From: the human T2T-CHM13v2.0 reference genome, Homo sapiens | Strand: one strand, 5' to 3' | Length of the DNA: 64,000 nt | Assembly (NCBI RefSeq): GCF_009914755.1 | Contig: NC_060944.1 | Part shown: positions 1-14,748 of the stretch, one piece after another | How positions within the stretch are numbered: position 1 is the first letter of the stretch | Layout: each line of letters begins with the position of its first letter | Notes under the pieces: model-generated | Told to the model about the DNA's origin: nothing | What the model saw: the letters and a program-made list of their open reading frames with translations, nothing else | The model's database searches: none | Made by a program: the position numbers and the translations under genes

Positions 1-10
1 TCACCTGTAG

Positions 11-178
11 GTGATTGCAGTGGTCATGGACGTGTTCACAGACATCGACATCTTCAGAGACCTGCAAGAAATATGCAGGAAACAGGGAGTTGCTGTGTAT
101 ATCCTTCTGGACCAGGCTCTCCTCTCTCAATTTTTGGATATGTGCATGGATCTGAAAGTTCATCCTGAACAGGAAAAG
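11..178 (+). CDS. FAM83D: FAM83D (CHICA) internal coding exon (probably exon 2), DUF1669 domain
   Basis: Acceptor cctgtag|GTG and donor AAG|gtttgt; 168 nt, phase 0; encodes [35 protein letters not shown]...PEQEK, typical FAM83 DUF1669 sequence. Confidence 0.95.
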
Positions 179-329
179 GTTTGTGGTACACTATATCCAG
201 TTTCACCATAGTCAACAAATATGACCAAGCATCCATTATCTACAAGCTGGCTGGTGGCGGTATCCCTGTTTACAAGGAAGGGACTGAGGCTGTGAGCAAA
301 GTCATTTGCCTGGTCTTACAGAAAACAAA

Positions 330-880
330 CAGTACCTGTGACCTGGCAATTCTCCTAGGTGTCTACCCAAGAGAAATGAAAATATGGGCCCCCACAAAAA
401 TTTATGTGTGAGTTTTATAGAAGCATTATTCATAAAGCCAAAGAGTGGAAACAATCCAATGCCAATCAACTGATAAGTGGATAAATGATATGTTGTCTAT
501 TCATACAATAGCATACTATTCACCTATAAAAAGGAATGAAGTGCTGATACATGCTACAGCATGGATGAACCTGCAAACGTGCTAAGTGAAGGAAACCGGT
601 CACAAAAGACCACATATGATATGATTCCATTAAGTCAGAATAGGGAAATCTATAGAGACATTGATTAGTGGTTGCCTAGGGCTGGGGAGTTGGGGGAAGG
701 ACGGGATTATTGCTAAAGGGTACTTTATTTTAGCACTTTCTTTTTAAACTGATGAGAATGTCCTAAAATTGACTAACGGTGATGATGGTTGCATATATCT
801 GTGGATATACTAAAAACTACAGAATTTGTGTTAATTGTATGATCTGTGAATTAGATCTCAGTTAAGCTCTTTAAAAGAAA
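330..880 (+). mobile_element. Old L1 (L1M-type) 3' fragment
   Basis: gcaattctcctaggtgtctacccaagagaaatgaaa...aaaaggaatgaagtgctgatacatgctacagcatggatgaac resembles L1M 3' ends. Confidence 0.7.
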
Positions 881-1075
881 TGTTAGGATTCAAGACCTTG
901 GCCTCTCCCCTGTACTGTCCTGCCTCTTAATAGAGCCTGGACCAGCTCCCTTGTTGAAGGCCTGAAGGCCACCCTGGAAGTTGCTGCTTTTGACAGTAGC
1001 TCCAGGAGGCTGCCCTTTTAATCACAGCAACCAGTATTTTTTGAGCCCCCACTCTGTCTTTGGCACTGCTCCATG

Positions 1076-1376
1076 CTTTTTTTTTTTTTTTTCCTGAGAT
1101 AGAGTCTCACTCTGTTGCCCAGGCTGGAGTACAGTGGCCCAATCTAGGCTCACTGCAACATCCCTCTCCCAGGTTCAAGAGATTATCCTGCCTCAGCCTC
1201 CCAGTTAGCTGGGATTACAGGTGCGTACCACCACACCTGGCTAATTTTTGTATTTTTAGTACAGATGGGGTTTTGCCATGTTGTCCAGGCTGGTCTTGAA
1301 CTCCTACCTCAGATGATCTGCCTGCCTCGGCCTCCCAAAGTGCTGGGATTACAGGCATGAGGCCCCATGCCCAGCC
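1076..1376 (-). mobile_element. Alu
   Basis: Antisense Alu dimer preceded by poly-T; flanking ctgctc(c/t)(a/g)tgctttt resembles a TSD. Confidence 0.9.
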
Positions 1377-1673
1377 TGCTCTGTGCTTTTAACAAATGTT
1401 ATGTAACTGAATCCTCAAAGCAGCCCCTATCAGGTAAGTGGCACCTGTGTTTTAGACCAGGAAATAGTGACACAGAGAATCCAAGTGTCCACCACTTCAA
1501 AGTAGTGGGCCTAGGGTCTGCCTCCTTGTATGTCTGCCTCCAACCCCAGTGTCTGTAATCACTATTACATGCTGCTGCTGTTCATTTCTCATTATTGTAA
1601 AATTAGATTTTATGTCTATTTCTCTGATTCTGAAAATGACCTAAGTGTTTCAGTGGAAGCCTATACAACATAG

Positions 1674-2045
<372 letters not shown>

Positions 2046-2075
2046 AGAATTTATTTTTTAAAAATTAAGCAACCC

Positions 2076-2110
2076 ATGGCTTCTCAGCCTTTTGGCTAAG
2101 ATCAAGTGTA
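2076..2110 (+). pseudogene. 3'-truncated U2 snRNA retropseudogene (U2 nt 1-35)
   Basis: atggcttctcagccttttggctaagatcaagtgta matches U2 5' end ATCGCTTCTCGGCCTTTTGGCTAAGATCAAGTGTA at 33/35; direct repeat AAAAATTAAGCA at 2060-2071 and 2110-2121. Confidence 0.88.
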
Positions 2111-2710
2111 AAAATTAAGCATCTTAACCTGTGAGCTTCAGAACTTTATTTGTTCATCACCTGTATGAGTATCTATTATGCACTGGGTACTAGATATAAA
2201 GCAGTCAGCAAAACGAATTTAGTCTTTGGTACTATAAGTTACTGCCTAAGAGACTCTAACTTACCACCTTATTATTACCAAGCAATTTGGTTTACAGAAT
2301 TCAGATTCTCCCACAGAGTTCTTGTTGGTTGCCTCATGATAAAGACAGGATTGGGGTTTCTAGACCAATTGAGATGAGACAGCCATGTAACCCAACAGGT
2401 GGTTAGAAAATGAGTCCAGGTGGACCCAAGGAAGATACACTTTGGCATGGAAAAGAGCATTATCAGCTAGCCAGGTAAAGAAATGGAAGGTATCAGTGTT
2501 TAATTTCAAGGTACTCTTTCTATAATTAAGGCTATGCATTAGCAGAGAAATCACAGAATTGTTCTGGCCACAACTTTGGTCAAGTGATTTTCTCTATTTA
2601 TCTACTAGACAGAAATCTATGAGCAGGCACCGGTTCAGTTGCCTACTGCTGGTTGTTGCCTTCATAGGTGTCCAGATCCTCTGCAGGGGGGTTTAAGAAG
2701 GCCTATTTCT

Positions 2711-3041
<331 letters not shown>

Positions 3042-3439
3042 TTACCTCCTTCCTGGGGAAGCACTGTCTTCCCTGGTTGCTTGTGTCTCCTGTTCCTCTC
3101 TGTGCTAGTGAATTTGTGCCCCTTGCTGTATGGGGGCTGATGTCCCCATGCTCTGCCTCTGTAGCTGGTTCAGAATGTTGGGTTGTGCTGTCTGTAGGAA
3201 CTTGGTCACACATTGATGTGCAGGCACTCACAAGTGCTTTGGCCACGATCACAGAGGCATATGCAACATTCAGATGTGTGTCAAAGGGAAAGATACAGAA
3301 AACCACACCTAATCTGCCCATAATGGTATTCTTATGCTTATTATATGTTGATCCTTTAAGACTTGGCTCAGGGGTCATCACCTCCTCCAGGAAGCTCTCC
3401 TCCCACCAAGTCCAGGTGTACCTCTATGACATTCCCTAG

Positions 3440-4970
<1,531 letters not shown>

Positions 4971-5926
4971 TGTGTTACTGTAGTTTCTAAATCAATTAGT
5001 TTTCTCTCTCTTATTCTAGTCCTTGAAGGTAAGGAGCATGCCTTACATCTCTGTTGTCTCACGGCTTGGCACATAGTAGGGGCTCTCTATGTTTATGGAA
5101 TCAATGAGTCAAACAAAAATCTTACACGTTTAATTTAAATGTGTAAGATTTCTAACGATATAGAGCCACTGGTCTGCTCCAGAGAATGCAGATTGTTGTA
5201 GTATTTTGTATGCCATTGTTTATACATTTATGTGTGTCATTTTACAGGAATAATTATGCATACATGTGCAGTATATTGCCCCAGCATACCACTACCAGTG
5301 TACGTTTTTGGTAATTATGTATTTGTAGGAGATGTGACATTGCTTGTTAAGCCACATGTGATATGAGTGTTTCTGCCTCAGCAGGCCTGTACTAGAGAAG
5401 GCCTGTCCTGTGTTCCTATTCTCCATACCCATTATGGTGTTGAGGGTGAGTGAGGATGGACTGTTACTCTAATGTGATGCCATTAAACAAACAAGTTGGA
5501 GGAAGATCAGCTTACCTTCTTTCAGACTTTGCTAAAATGTTCTTTATTACTAGCATGTTTTCTTTGATGATTTTATCCCACACATTTTGCTTCAGAATCA
5601 TTTCTTGGATTCTGTTGTTTAGTATCCCAAAAAGGTTGAGTGTTCTTTTAAAACACATACACACATGAACTAAGGGTCTCAAAAGTAAATATAAGAAAAG
5701 AACAGATGAGAAGATGGACCAAATGTAGAAGTAACATCACTTGAGGCTTGAGAACTGTCTGGCTAGTGTACCATGTATACTGTCACTAAATGGTGACCCT
5801 AAGCCACGCATATGCCAATAATTATATCTGGGAATTGTAAACTAAGGCTTTTTGTCCTAACCATTTGCTCAGCAGATGAGTATTGCTGAATTGTTCATTT
5901 ATATTTCTCCCACTCCCTGCCAACAG

Positions 5927-6051
5927 TTAATGACAGTTCGGACTATCACAGGAAATATCTACTATGCAAGGTCAGGAACTAAGATTATTGGGAAGGTTCA
6001 CGAAAAGTTCACGTTGATTGATGGCATCCGCGTGGCAACAGGCTCCTACAG
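5927..6051 (+). CDS. FAM83D: FAM83D coding exon (probably exon 3), contains HxKxxxxD PLD-like motif
   Basis: Acceptor ccaacag|TTA and donor AG|gtaagt; 125 nt; [41 protein letters not shown](S), in frame with both flanking exons. Confidence 0.95.
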
Positions 6052-7207
6052 GTAAGTCTCTAACCCGTCCAAGGCTTATTAATCTAAACTCTTCAGAAGA
6101 AGCATGTCATGTAAAGGTAAAAGCCTTTTCCTCTCAATGGGAGCCTGTATGGCCATGCATTCTGATATGCGTGCATCTGTGTATAGCAGCTGGTTATCAA
6201 AGCCTCCTGTTAGAGGCAGTTTGGGTGGGGGTCACTTCCCCTGTCCTGTAGTCCATAGATTAAAATGCAGAAGTTGAACTTGTATTGAGACAACACAGTC
6301 AGCAAGTCCTAGATTTCAAGCCTTGGCCCAGGTCTGCAGGGGACGAACTGGGGGTTAACAGCAACACACAGTCTGGAATCCTGGTTCCTTAGGGATCTGG
6401 ACCCAGCTTGCCCTGCTCACTTGAAGGTAGGGGCAGTTGCAGGCATCTCCATTAGTGTTGAAGGCAGAGCCAGAGCTGTCAGCTTTAGACTCAAATCCTC
6501 CACGTTGCTTCAAGCCTTGTAATTTAGAGCTTTAGTCTAGAAAATACTGATTATGTTTCTGACCCACCTTTGAAGTGTCACATTGGCAATGGCATCTTAA
6601 GGTAGAGAGCAGGAAGGTTGAAGAGAGGGTGGGGATAATGAGCGGTTTACATGAATCTCTAGAATTTGTGCCATTTGTACATATGTGGCTCCAATGGTTG
6701 TATGTTCTGCCGCCTCTGCGGTAGATTGTCTGATGGTTTGCATGAGGTGTGTCTGTAGAATTTTAAAAAGAAAACCCCATTTTTGAAGAAACACACAACC
6801 CTGAGTGATAATTACGTGTCAGCCCTGGGTAAAGGTAGAAATGTGAAGGCTTGTGGAAAATGAGGCAGTAAGATCAAGAAAATCTTGACACCTTTCTTTT
6901 TCAACAGTACCCTCATTGCTCAGAACAAAATTTGAACTTTCTTCACCAAAGAGGCTGTGGGAAAAAACAAATTGAACTCTTTTTCTTGGAATTTCCTTTT
7001 GTAAGAAGTTTATTAAAAAAATTTGTTTTTAACCTAAGTAGGATTTATCTATATTAACCAAACTTAGCTACAAATGGACTTTTGCTGTTCTAAAATATAA
7101 AAACTACCCTCTCCAAATGAAATTGATGACGATGATAGCTTCCATTTGTTGAGGAGGTTTTATAATCTTGGTGTTGGATAGGTGCTTTATTTACATTATC
7201 TCATTGA

Positions 7208-7512
<305 letters not shown>

Positions 7513-7877
7513 AGCCTCATTGAAGGCTTTCAAAAGAATCTTCCTTCTCAGGCTTTGAAGGCAGTTTTCAGGGGGACTTTGCATTAGCCATATCTTGGTT
7601 ACAGGAGACAGAGTTGACTGTGTTCTATGATCTCTGTTTGAAACCTACTTCTGGTACAAATACCACCATTAGTGGGGTGATGGCAAGTGTCAGCTAACTC
7701 TCAAACGTACTGACTCGAAGAACCCGGAAGGAAGCATAGAAAGGTACAGTTGGTTTTCAGTTCATCTTGACGTAGGAGCCACACGCTGATCAGAACACTA
7801 TATCCTGGTTCTGATGTTTTCGAGTTGACTTTTGTTCTTAGGCAGGCTCTCCCTTTGAAGTCAACGATCCTGGCTTT

Positions 7878-8172
7878 GTTTATTTTTTGTTTTTGAGACA
7901 AAGAGTCTTGCCCAGGCCGGAATGCAGTGGACGATCTCGGCTCACTGCCAAGTTCCGCCTCCTGCGTTTACGTCATTCTCCTGCCTCAGCCTCCCGAGTA
8001 GCTGGGACTACAGGCGCCCGCCACCACGCCCAGCTAACTTTTTTTTGTATTTTTAGTAGAGATGGGGTTTCACTATGTTAGCCGGGATGGTCTCAATCTC
8101 CTGACCTTGTGATCCGGCCACCTTGGCCTCCCAAAGTGCTGGGATGATAGGCATGAGCCACCGTGCCCAGCC
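7878..8172 (-). mobile_element. Alu
   Basis: Antisense Alu; TSD GATCCTGGCTTT. Confidence 0.9.
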
Positions 8173-8269
8173 AGATCCTGGCTTTCTTATATGGCCTTTA
8201 GTAGCTGTCTCCCAAAGGGTGAAACTCTTTCACTCAGAATTACTATCAATCCCTTCTGTCAGAATCCAT

Positions 8270-8510
8270 TTGATAAAGAAAAAAGAAATCTCTGAAAACT
8301 TACTTGGCTCTGGTGGGATCACATGCCCACCCTGAATGAATCCCTGCATCCAAGGGAATAGGATACTCTGGCCAGTGTGGACCACATGCCTGCCCCTATT
8401 GTGGTTGGAGAGAGTATGATAATGAAAGCTTTCTGGGGTACAGGTGGGTGTGAGTTCTGCTAGCAGAGGAGGGAGGCGGGGAAGGGACACCGTACAGGCA
8501 AGGGCACATG
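8270..8510. mobile_element. Old MLT1-like (ERVL-MaLR) LTR fragment
   Basis: ggatcacatgcccaccctgaatgaatccctg...ctggccagtgtggaccacatgcctgccc resembles the duplicated MLT1J/K motif. Confidence 0.45.
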
Positions 8511-8567
8511 GCCACTAATCAGCTCTAAAATGTTTTGAGCCATGGTGTTTTGTGAAAATGGCAGCAC

Positions 8568-8672
8568 AGCCCCATGACTGTGGGTCCTCCACTGTTAGTG
8601 AGGAAGACTACTTCAGCAGCCACAAGGACAAGCTTGAGGGCAGGAAGGCCACTGATGTTGCCACTCAAACAG
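8568..8672 (+). pseudogene. Intronic diverged duplicate of FAM83D exon 4 segment 9890-9994
   Basis: Ungapped manual alignment, 94/105 identical. Confidence 0.92.
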
Positions 8673-8854
8673 TAGCAAGGAGCAGGGCATTAGCAATTCA
8701 TAGGGCCTAGGGTCTGATCTGGAGTCCAGCAGTAGCTCCCCTCTGTGATAATCCCTTTATCTGGTTTCCTTACCTTTAAGATGGGGGTGCTGGCCTAAAT
8801 AGTTTTCTTACCTTTAAAATGGGGATGCTGGCCTAAATATTTAGAAGCCCTATT

Positions 8855-9172
8855 TTTTATTTTTAATTAATTTTTTGAGATGGAGTCTCGCCCAGTCATG
8901 GAATCTCGCCCAGTCATGGAATGTGCAGTGGTGTGACCTCAGCTTACCGCAACCTCTGCCTCCGGGGTTCAAACAATCCTCCCACCTCAGCCTCCCGAGT
9001 AGCTAGGATTACAGTCATGCACCACCACGCCTGGCTAATTTTTTATGTGTTTTTACTGGAGACAGGGTTTCACCATGTTGGCCAGGTTGGTCTTGAACTC
9101 CTGACCTCAAAGGATCTGCCCACTTCATCCTCTCAAAGTGCTGGGATTACAGTCATGAGCCACCGCGCCTGG
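8855..9172 (-). mobile_element. Alu with internal 18-bp tandem duplication
   Basis: Antisense Alu; tctcgcccagtcatggaa x2 at 8886-8921. Confidence 0.88.
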
Positions 9173-9205
9173 CCCCCTTTCCAGTTTTTAAAAACTCTGA
9201 GGCAA

Positions 9206-9345
9206 GGACCAGGTGAGGTGGCTCACACCTGTAATCCTAGCACTTTGGAAGGATGAGGTGGGAGGACTGCCTGAGCCGAGGAGTTCAAGACCAGCCTGAG
9301 CAACATAGCAAGACCCCGTCTCAAAACAAACAAACAAACAAAAAA
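9206..9345 (+). mobile_element. Alu left monomer (FLAM-like)
   Basis: Single Alu arm followed by (caaa)n tail. Confidence 0.8.
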
Positions 9346-9590
9346 ACCCTCTGAGGCTGAGCATTTAGTGTGTTTGTTAAACAGTTGGCCTTTTTACTTT
9401 TATGGTAACACACATAAATGTTATATATGTGTTAAGGCTAGTTAAATACATGCAAATGGTAGGTATGATATCACCAAATTTGTGACCCTTATGTGGTAAG
9501 ATACCTGTACTATATTATTCAGATGGACAGTGAGTAAACCAAAATTGCTCATCCTTACCAGCTGCTGTTTGTTTCTTTTTAATCTTTAAG

Positions 9591-10572
9591 TTTTACATGG
9601 ACGGATGGCAAATTAAACAGCAGTAACTTGGTAATTCTGTCTGGCCAAGTGGTTGAACACTTTGATCTGGAGTTCCGAATCCTGTATGCCCAGTCCAAGC
9701 CCATCAGCCCCAAACTCCTGTCTCACTTCCAGAGCAGCAACAAGTTTGATCACCTCACCAACCGAAAACCACAGTCCAAGGAGCTCACCCTGGGCAACCT
9801 GCTGCGGATGCGGCTGGCTAGGCTGTCAAGTACTCCCAGGAAGGCGGACCTGGACCCAGAGATGCCCGCAGAGGGCAAGGCAGAGCGCAAGCCCCATGAC
9901 TGTGAGTCCTCTACTGTTAGTGAGGAAGACTACTTCAGCAGCCACAGGGACGAGCTCCAGAGCAGAAAGGCCATTGACGCTGCCACTCAAACAGAGCCAG
10001 GAGAGGAGATGCCAGGGCTGAGTGTGAGTGAGGTGGGAACACAAACCAGCATCACCACAGCATGTGCTGGTACCCAGACTGCAGTCATCACCAGGATAGC
10101 AAGCTCTCAAACCACGATTTGGTCCAGATCGACCACTACTCAGACTGACATGGATGAGAACATTCTCTTTCCTCGAGGAACTCAATCTACAGAAGGGTCA
10201 CCAGTCTCAAAAATGTCTGTATCGAGATCTTCCAGTTTGAAGTCTTCCTCCTCTGTGTCTTCCCAAGGCTCTGTGGCAAGCTCCACTGGTTCTCCCGCTT
10301 CCATCAGAACCACTGACTTCCACAATCCTGGCTATCCCAAGTACCTGGGCACCCCCCACCTGGAACTGTACTTGAGTGACTCACTTAGAAACTTGAACAA
10401 AGAGCGGCAATTCCACTTCGCTGGTATCAGGTCCCGGCTCAACCACATGCTGGCTATGCTGTCAAGGAGAACACTCTTTACTGAAAACCACCTTGGCCTT
10501 CATTCTGGCAATTTCAGCAGAGTTAATTTGCTTGCTGTTAGAGATGTAGCACTTTATCCTTCCTATCAGTAA
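9591..10572 (+). CDS. FAM83D: FAM83D last coding exon
   Basis: Acceptor ctttaag|T completes AG+T Ser; [32 protein letters not shown]...ALYPSYQ then TAA 10570-10572; F-x-x-x-F (FDLEF) CK1-docking-type motif and several TQT motifs; in frame with ORF 9628..10572. Confidence 0.96.
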
Positions 10573-10815
10573 CTGCTCCGTGTTCAGACTCCTGGTTTCT
10601 TCCAGGCTTACAGTGGACATCATCAGCTTCCTGCTTTAAAAAATATCTTATGTCCCTAATTGCCTTTCTTTTACCTGACTTTGTCACCTTTGTTGTCTTT
10701 GAATTCTTTAGGCTGCATATTATTTTACATGCTTTGTTTTGTCATGTATATACCAGGTATTGGTTTTATGGTTTAAACACTATGGATACAGGGGTTTGTT
10801 TTGCACAATTTTAAT

Positions 10816-10993
10816 AGTCATGCACTACATAATGATGTTTTGGTCGATGACAGACCACGTATATGTTGGCAGTCTCATAAGATTATAATACTGTATTTTT
10901 ACTATACCTTTTCTATGTTTAGATACAAATACCATTATGTTACAGTTGCCTACAGTATTCAGTGCAGTAACATGATGTACAGGTTTGTAGCCT
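10816..10993 (+). mobile_element. Tigger3a/Golem-like DNA transposon fragment in the FAM83D 3' UTR
   Basis: agtcatgcactacataatgatgttttggtcgatgacagaccac...cataagattataatactgtatttttac...gtacaggtttgtagcct resembles the Tigger3a consensus. Confidence 0.7.
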
Positions 10994-11080
10994 GTTTTGC
11001 ATTTTTCTTAGGTTGTATGCTCTTCTGTTTTAAAGGTTTGAATCACCAGCATTTTTGTGATCAAAATCCTATTTAGAAAA

Positions 11081-11138
11081 AATAAAACTACTTTCTGTTT
11101 ATCTCTTTAGAATATCTGTGTTCTTAGCATTAAATAAA
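11081..11138 (+). terminator. Polyadenylation signals of FAM83D
   Basis: AATAAA 11081-11086; ATTAAATAAA 11129-11138. Confidence 0.65.
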
Positions 11139-12363
11139 TATAAACTTGTGCTTCTGTACTTTTTCCCCCCCTCTGACACTTTTCTCTTTAAATCTGGGAG
11201 TATGTCACAAATTAATGCACCTAATAGATATAGGTATATAGATATCTATATCTGAAGGTTTTTTAAATAGTGTCAGGGTGAGGAAGAAGTAGATGATCCA
11301 AACTATAGAAGAGAAAATAGATCCACTTAACCTTCCTCAGCATCATGAATATTGATGTTACTCTATAGTTTAAGTGAGGAAACTGGCCAGAAATAGCAGG
11401 CCTTTGCACATGCTCTGCCTTTTCTCTTTTCGAAGAAAAAGCCTGAGCTATTTCAGTAGGTCCTTGGTACTCTGGTACTCTGCTTGTCTACCAAAGGAGG
11501 CGTTAGTGTATGTTCCTATATTCATTCCCAATATTAACTCTGGTGGCCCCATGGGCCTCATTTCATCAGCTGGGTGTATTGACAGTGATTTAGCCATCTA
11601 ATATCCCAGAGTAGGGGCAAAAGAGGACACTGACAATTATCCCAGTTTCCTGGTCCAGTGGCAGGCAGTGTAATGGTTTCTACATCCTTCTAATCAGGAT
11701 TGGTATGGCTGTGGAATCCTGTTTTTGTCTCATTCTCATGGACAGACAAAAGGGAAGAGAGTTAAATGATGCCTTCCTCCCTCTCCTGACTTAGCTACAG
11801 CAAAAAAGATCTATAACAGGGGAAGGTGTCTGCCACATAAAATGCTGATGCACTTGTATCATGAGTGTCCCTACACTCACGCGTGTGCCAGGACTTCCTT
11901 ATGATGGTCAGGCTATTTGCTGGGTTAGTGCTGTAATCTGTGGCTATAAAGAAAAGGAAAGAAAGGAAATTGATCCATGTCTGCTTAGAAACAACTCTGA
12001 GCTAAGCCTCGAGTAAACATATTGTTATTTGAAATCATCTTACAGACTTAAGTCACTTCATATATGCCATCTTTGATCTTTGCAGCAATGTAGCAGAGAG
12101 CTATGCAGGTTAGGTAGCTGTTATTTCCAATTTTCAGATGAAACTGAGGCACTGATTAAGTAGCATATTCAAGATGACATGGCTTGTAAATGGTGATGCA
12201 AGAATTTAAACACAGGTTTCTAGATTCTAAGTGCAGTACTCTGTTACATGACTATTTCTCTACACGGAGTATGGAAGCAGGAGAGAGTGTACCTTGAGAA
12301 ATGGCAGTTACTGCAATGGTGAATGGAAAACTAAAACAGCCTCATTAACAAACGTTAAGTACA

Positions 12364-12700
<337 letters not shown>

Positions 12701-12726
12701 AGTACAAAGTCCTAATCTGTGATACT

Positions 12727-12927
12727 TCTTTTTGTTTGTTTTTGAAGCAGTCTCGTTCTATTGCTCAGGCTGGAGTGCAGTGGCACAATCACAGCTCACT
12801 ATTTTTTTGTAAAGGCAGGGTCTCACTATGGTGCCTAGGCTGCTCTTAAACTCCTGGGCTCAAGTGATCCTCTTGCCTCAGCCCCTCAAAGTGCCGGGAT
12901 TACAGGCATGAGCTACTGCATTCAGCC
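12727..12927 (-). mobile_element. AluJ-like, internally deleted
   Basis: Antisense Alu pieces joined at cagctcact|atttttttgt. Confidence 0.8.
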
Positions 12928-13227
12928 TGTGATAATGTATTTTAATTTAGTTTGAAATTTTAACTGAATGTTCTATGGAACTGTTAATAGGATGACATAA
13001 CAAAGGTTCTGTGTTTAGTGTGAGAAACTGGGCCAAAGAAATGTAAACAAAGTTCTTTAATGCAGGACTACTCAGAACTCTGAAGTAATGATCACAGTGA
13101 ATTTCTCAGAGCAGGGCAGGTATATGGCTTACCACAAACTACCTACCACAGAGTGCTCTTTTTGTGGAGCAGGACTCAAAACCATTATTCTCTGAAAGTG
13201 TGGCCAACAATTAGAAATAAGAGCAAG

Positions 13228-13953
<726 letters not shown>

Positions 13954-14228
13954 TTATATGGCAGAGTTTTTCAAAGTGAGATCTGAGGACCACCTGCATC
14001 AGTCTTGGGGTGCTTGGGTGCTTCCATTTAAAATGCTGATTACTGGTTTCACTCCCAGGGGAGCGGGGTATGAGTGTGGCAGCCTATGTAGTTCAAAAAT
14101 ATTTGTTATTCCTCCCTGGGAGAAAATTATATCCCTCTGTCTACTGTCAGATTTGGCCATCGCAGACTTAGCTGTGAATATTTCAGCATATATATCTAAA
14201 AGATAACTGTTTTAGAAAACATAATCAT

Positions 14229-14748
<520 letters not shown>

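Larger units (their letters stand above)
10573..11140 (+). other. FAM83D: FAM83D 3' UTR (end approximate)
   Basis: Follows the stop codon; AATAAA at 11081-11086 and overlapping ATTAAA/AATAAA at 11129-11138 with U/GU-rich downstream sequence. Confidence 0.7.

Noticed and set aside
9653-10185. Alternative-frame (9653..10021 +) and antisense (9826..10185 -) ORFs over FAM83D exon 4
   Set aside because: Shadow ORFs of a GC-rich coding exon with no recognisable domain; the + one starts at a non-ATG codon
11236-11251. Perfect 16-bp palindrome ATATAGATATCTATAT
   Set aside because: Low-complexity AT/AG sequence, expected by chance or slippage
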